A stretch of 64,000 bases of DNA from the human T2T-CHM13v2.0 reference genome, Homo sapiens. A program made the position numbers and the translations under genes. Under the pieces are notes generated by a model that was not told the origin of the DNA, did no database searches, and saw nothing but the letters and a program-made list of their open reading frames with translations. Where the stretch lies: NCBI RefSeq assembly GCF_009914755.1, contig NC_060931.1. One strand, 5' to 3'. The stretch's first letter is position 1. Each line of letters starts with the position of its first letter. Below, one piece after another: positions 58,696 to 64,000 of the stretch.

Positions 58696-58916
58696 TGATC
58701 AATGGGATCACTTGGACACAGGGCAGGGAACATCACACACCAGGGCCTGTCAGGTGGTGGGGGGCTGGGGGAGGGATAGCATTAGGAGAAATACCTAATT
58801 TAAATGATGAGTTGATGGGTGCAGCAAACCAACATGGCACATGTATACATATGTATCAAACCTGCACATTGTGCACATGTACCCTAGAACTTAAAAGTAT
58901 AATAATTTTTTAAAAA
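58696..58916 (+). mobile_element. Short L1PA (PA4-PA6-like) 3' end
   Basis: GGGAGGGATAGCATTAGGAGAAATACCTAAT..ACCCTAGAACTTAAA; perfect TSD AAGAATTTACCCCACAAAAAT (58675-58695 / 58917-58937). Confidence 0.93.
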
Positions 58917-58939
58917 AAGAATTTACCCCACAAAAATGT

Positions 58940-59900
58940 GGGAGATGTAAAGAGAATAGAAAGCTTGTCTTTACAGAAGAATGCTCCCTAATAAATATAG
59001 AAAGCATTGTGGATATAGAAAAGCATGATTATGCAATTCCCAATATCATAATTGATTAAACCAAAAATTAGTGAATGCTAAAAATTATTGTCATAGATTA
59101 TTGGGGATAAGATATCCATAGAATATTCATGTGTAATTTCACAGATTCTTATTAGTTTAACATGAAAATATTACCTGTCTAATGGAGAGGTCTAGTGGAC
59201 ACAACTTAAGCCAATAGCCAAACTAAGCATTGCCAATATTGGGTCAAAATATGCGCTTCCTGATATGAAGCCATCTGCCACCCAAAATGCCACTTATGTA
59301 CAATTACTGCCCAAAATGTTTAAGTGAATCTAATCATGAGGAAACAAGCAGAGAAATCCAGATGTGGGCCCTTCTACAAGATAACTGGCCTGATTCTTAA
59401 CATCAAAACAAAATTAAAAAACAATGTCATATAAGCAAAAAGAAACCAACCAAAAAGTAATGAGGTTGAGGGGAGAATATACTAAATTGAAAAAACACAC
59501 ACAGCATTAACCTTAATTGTTTCATTGATTAAAAAAATAGATGCAAAAGACATTTTGAAAAAATTGGGGAATTTGAATTGGGGCTGAACACCTGTGTTGA
59601 ATGTATTAGGCGTGGTAAAAGAGGGGTAAGAGTAGGGTTGTGTTAGAATAAAAGAAGGTCCACATTGGGAAACACACGCTGAAGTATTTTGGGGTGGTGT
59701 TTGCAAATTATTTTCAAATGGCTTAGCAAAAAGTGTGTGTGTGTACACACAAATGTGTACATATATGTGCATATAGAGGGAGAGAGTGGAGGCATAATTG
59801 TAGTAAAATGCTAACATTGGCGACATCTACATGAAGTGCAGACAGGTGTTCATTGTGTTCTCCATTCAGCTTCTCCTGGAATTTGCAATTCTTTAGCATA
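58940..59900 (+). mobile_element. Old L1MC/L1ME-like 3' UTR
   Basis: TGAATCTAATCATGAGGAAACA..CTACAAGATAACTGGCCTG..AAAAGACATTTTG..CACGCTGAAGTATTT..GTTCATTGTG. Confidence 0.7.
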
Positions 59901-61526
59901 GGTAGCATGGGGCAGGTGGGAGGAGATCATACCTGTGCACACCAGGTGAATCCCAGTTGGGAAACGGCAGGTGAGTCCTGGGGACATATGTGTCTCTGCT
60001 AGAGCATCCTTCTCTTTGCTCCAGTGCTATGGGGTGCAGACGGGGGACATCCATTCATGCTTTTCCTTCTTCACACATTCCCCTGGTACCTTTTTGCTGG
60101 CAGGGAACACAGTCCAGTGTCTGGGCTGCAGATCCCTCATGGTCAGAAGAGGGGTTTGGTGAGAAGTGGGAGACTGGTTGCTAGTCCTGTGAGTGCATGC
60201 CAGAGGCCATCTCCTTGGTTCATCCCTGTTTCCCCAGTTCTGGGCACAACTTGCCTGTGTTTGCCAGGAATGCATAGCTTATCTGAGCTTCCTCATGGGG
60301 TGAGTGGGTGAGGAGAGATGGTGTTATCATCAACTGTCAAAGCTGGAGGCTTCCAGAAATGACACTGCTGTCCAGGGTGGATGGCAGATGCCATCTGGAC
60401 TGTCTCATCTCAGTGTGCAGGCCTCTAGGGACATCCTGCCCTGGGCGTGGGGCTTCTCTGCCATGAGGGGGATCCTGGTGCTGTGAGTGTATCACAGGTG
60501 ATGTGGCAAAGGTGGGCGTGGGCACCAGATACAGACATTTCCAGTGGGATCTCGTTGTACTTTCATACATGTCACTGCCGGACTCTGTGGTCTTAAAAGC
60601 CATGAAGCCAGCCCAAGGACCCTTGCCGCTCCATGCCAGGCAGCCTCCTGGCCCCGTCTGACTCGCCTTAGGGGGTGCCTTTTACTCCGTTGTGTACAAA
60701 GCATTTTGAAGGAAGAGAAGGAACTAACAGTTAGTGTTGTCAGTATTCTCAGAATTTTGGCAATATCCCATAATAAGAAATCTGTTTGATCAACTCATAT
60801 ACACCTACACATGTAATGCCTCTATATGGGTCTGTGTGTACATATCGGTATGTATAGCTGTGTGAGAGGATCTATAGACATATGTGTGTATGTGTGTATA
60901 CACATCTATAATGTATGACAAAAGTTTCATCAGACCATCCGTACGCTCACACTTTGATGTTTACTAACATCAAAGCATTAGTAAATCAGTATTTCTTAAT
61001 GCGCTGCTTGTTACTGGTTTAGGCTACTTATGATCCGAAAAATGCTGGTTTCAGCAACACGGAAAACATAAAAAGATAATTATAGAACAGGGTTAGGAAA
61101 CCAATTCTGTCTGATGTGTGTGTATTATTACATGAGAGTATTTGTATGTATCCATGTATGTGTCTGCATGTGTGTGTATTTCCATTTATCTTTGCAATGG
61201 TGCAGGGCAACTGTGGGTCTGCTGCCATTGTGACTTGTTTCTGTCCTCTCCTGGGCCGGGCCCTTCAAAAACTGTGGAGGGACATTTGTCATTGGTGTCC
61301 GAGCTTCTGTGCTATTTCTCCAGAGGGGTCATGGGATGACACAGAGAGGCCCTGTGCTGCAGGTAAATCTGGAGGACAGCTTGCGCCCAGGGAAATTACA
61401 TGCAAACCAGGTTTTCCTGTCCTCTTGAGTGGGGCTTTTTTCTTTCAGAAACCCCCCTTTTTTTTTCCTTTTTTTTTTTTTTTTCAATGATCTCTGCAGA
61501 AGCAGCAGCATGGGGCTCAAATTTGA

Positions 61527-61829
<303 letters not shown>

Positions 61830-62076
61830 TGAATCTTAATTAACCATTGAGGCAGCCTGGGAGATACGCCTATTCTGGTAGGAATTTTTATTCTTTCAAG
61901 TTCAAGGATTTGTCCTTCATCATTTTCCAATCCATGGGATGGTAACAATAAAAATAGCTAATAGCTAACAAATGTTTACTCTGTGCTGCGCTCAGCGCTC
62001 AGCGCTCTTCATGTGTTTTTTCTCCTTTATTTGTTAGGGAATGAATGAGCTCACTAGTTGCCTTCTTCTGCCATAA

Positions 62077-62422
<346 letters not shown>

Positions 62423-62972
62423 AATATTCCTTTTAAAATCTCAAACCTGCCAAAACATACAGGAGGGAGAATTATTAGCTCATCAGATTCAGTATATCAA
62501 AATGAACCTGCTGACAAGGTGGAACATAATTCACAGACTACAGCTGTTATTAATGTGTGACTATTTCTGGCAAGGCCCAGGGTGCACAATCAGAAAACTA
62601 TTAATATATAACAGGCTGAAGTGGAAATGTGAATGAGCCAATACTTGGAATTCCTATAGTATTTACACTAACTGTTCCTCTGCCCTTCTGAACTGAGTAC
62701 TTCGCAACTCATAAAATACAATTTCCTGTTTTCCACTTTGCAGCCTCTTCACATCTCCTATTTCTTCTGGCTCCTCTAATTAATGGAAACACTTGCATTT
62801 GAGTTCGCATCGATTTGCAAAACATTGTTTAATATGAGAATATTTTCACCGTCGAGGGCATGTTGATTATTCCTAGGTGTAAAACATTCTAGTCAAATTT
62901 AATATAAGAAAGTAACATGCATTGTCAATAATTACATGAAAAAATATGGTGGAAGATTTTTTTCTCTGATTA

Positions 62973-63428
<456 letters not shown>

Positions 63429-63739
63429 TCAGGGAGCAGCTGCTTTGCACCTGGGACTCTGCACGCTCACCCCATTCAGTCTCCCGGGTGCTCCCTGGCA
63501 GGTGCACCATCATCCTCATTTGATGGTCGAGACTGGAGCGCTAAGAGCGTTGGTGCACACTGGTGGGACCCAAGCTCAGGTGTCTGTGAGACAAGGACTC
63601 TGCCCTCCAGTAATGAGGAAGGTGGCATCCCCTGTCCCTCAGGAAGATTATTGTTTATTTGAGGAAGTGCGGTGTAAAGACCTGAATCAGGAAAGGACAA
63701 GTCAAGGCATTGTGGCATCCAATGGCATCTTAAATGCCT

Positions 63740-63930
63740 CTGGGAGAAGGAGGTCACTGGGATTGAGAACATTCAGAAAAGATTTGTGGGAGGAGGCTGA
63801 ACTTGGGCAGACACTTGAATGAAAAGGATGTGGGGAGTGGAAGGAGCAGGCATTCCCTGCAGTGGGGTGCTGAGATTCAGAGAAAGAAGAGGTGCAGGGT
63901 GGTGTCTTGATGAGGCACTAAGACCAGCTC
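63740..63930 (-). mobile_element. L2 relic
   Basis: Purine-rich GGAGGAGG..CTTGAATGA..GGCATTCC pattern. Confidence 0.45.
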
Positions 63931-64000
63931 ACAGGCCGATGAGGGTGAGATCTCGAAATCTGTCTGTTGTCACACTGCCTCTCTATACTAACAGTTTTTT

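Noticed and set aside
60790-61180. Alternating purine-pyrimidine TA/TG tracts (Z-DNA or hairpin)
   Set aside because: Degenerate low-complexity sequence without a long perfect run.

Overview
Primate (very probably human) euchromatic DNA that reads as a large intron or intergenic region. I cannot name the host gene, and I see no recognisable protein-coding exon, RNA gene, CpG-island promoter or prokaryotic system. The ORF track is explained by Alu read-through, L1 ORF2 remnants and chance ORFs. The window holds about 26 Alu copies (J, S, Y and monomers, most with visible target-site duplications, TSDs), L1PA and L1M fragments, MaLR and ERV1 solo LTRs, MIR/L2 relics and DNA-transposon MITEs (MER3, MER5, MER94-like, piggyBac MER75). 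The structure these repeats do not explain is a set of local duplications: two long non-Alu inverted repeats (15018-15568 with ~92% identical arms; 24771-25544) and three direct doublets 1.5-2 kb apart (6200/7754, 44047/45670, 54585/56596). In two doublets the host repeats show which copy is the donor. Also present are a 64-bp minisatellite, a twin-primed L1, a trimeric Alu, a perfect (C5A2)3C5 G4/i-motif and a candidate 3-nt microexon or recursive splice site. None of this amounts to a demonstrated new system. Repeat subfamily names come from recalled consensus sequences and need RepeatMasker/Dfam confirmation.
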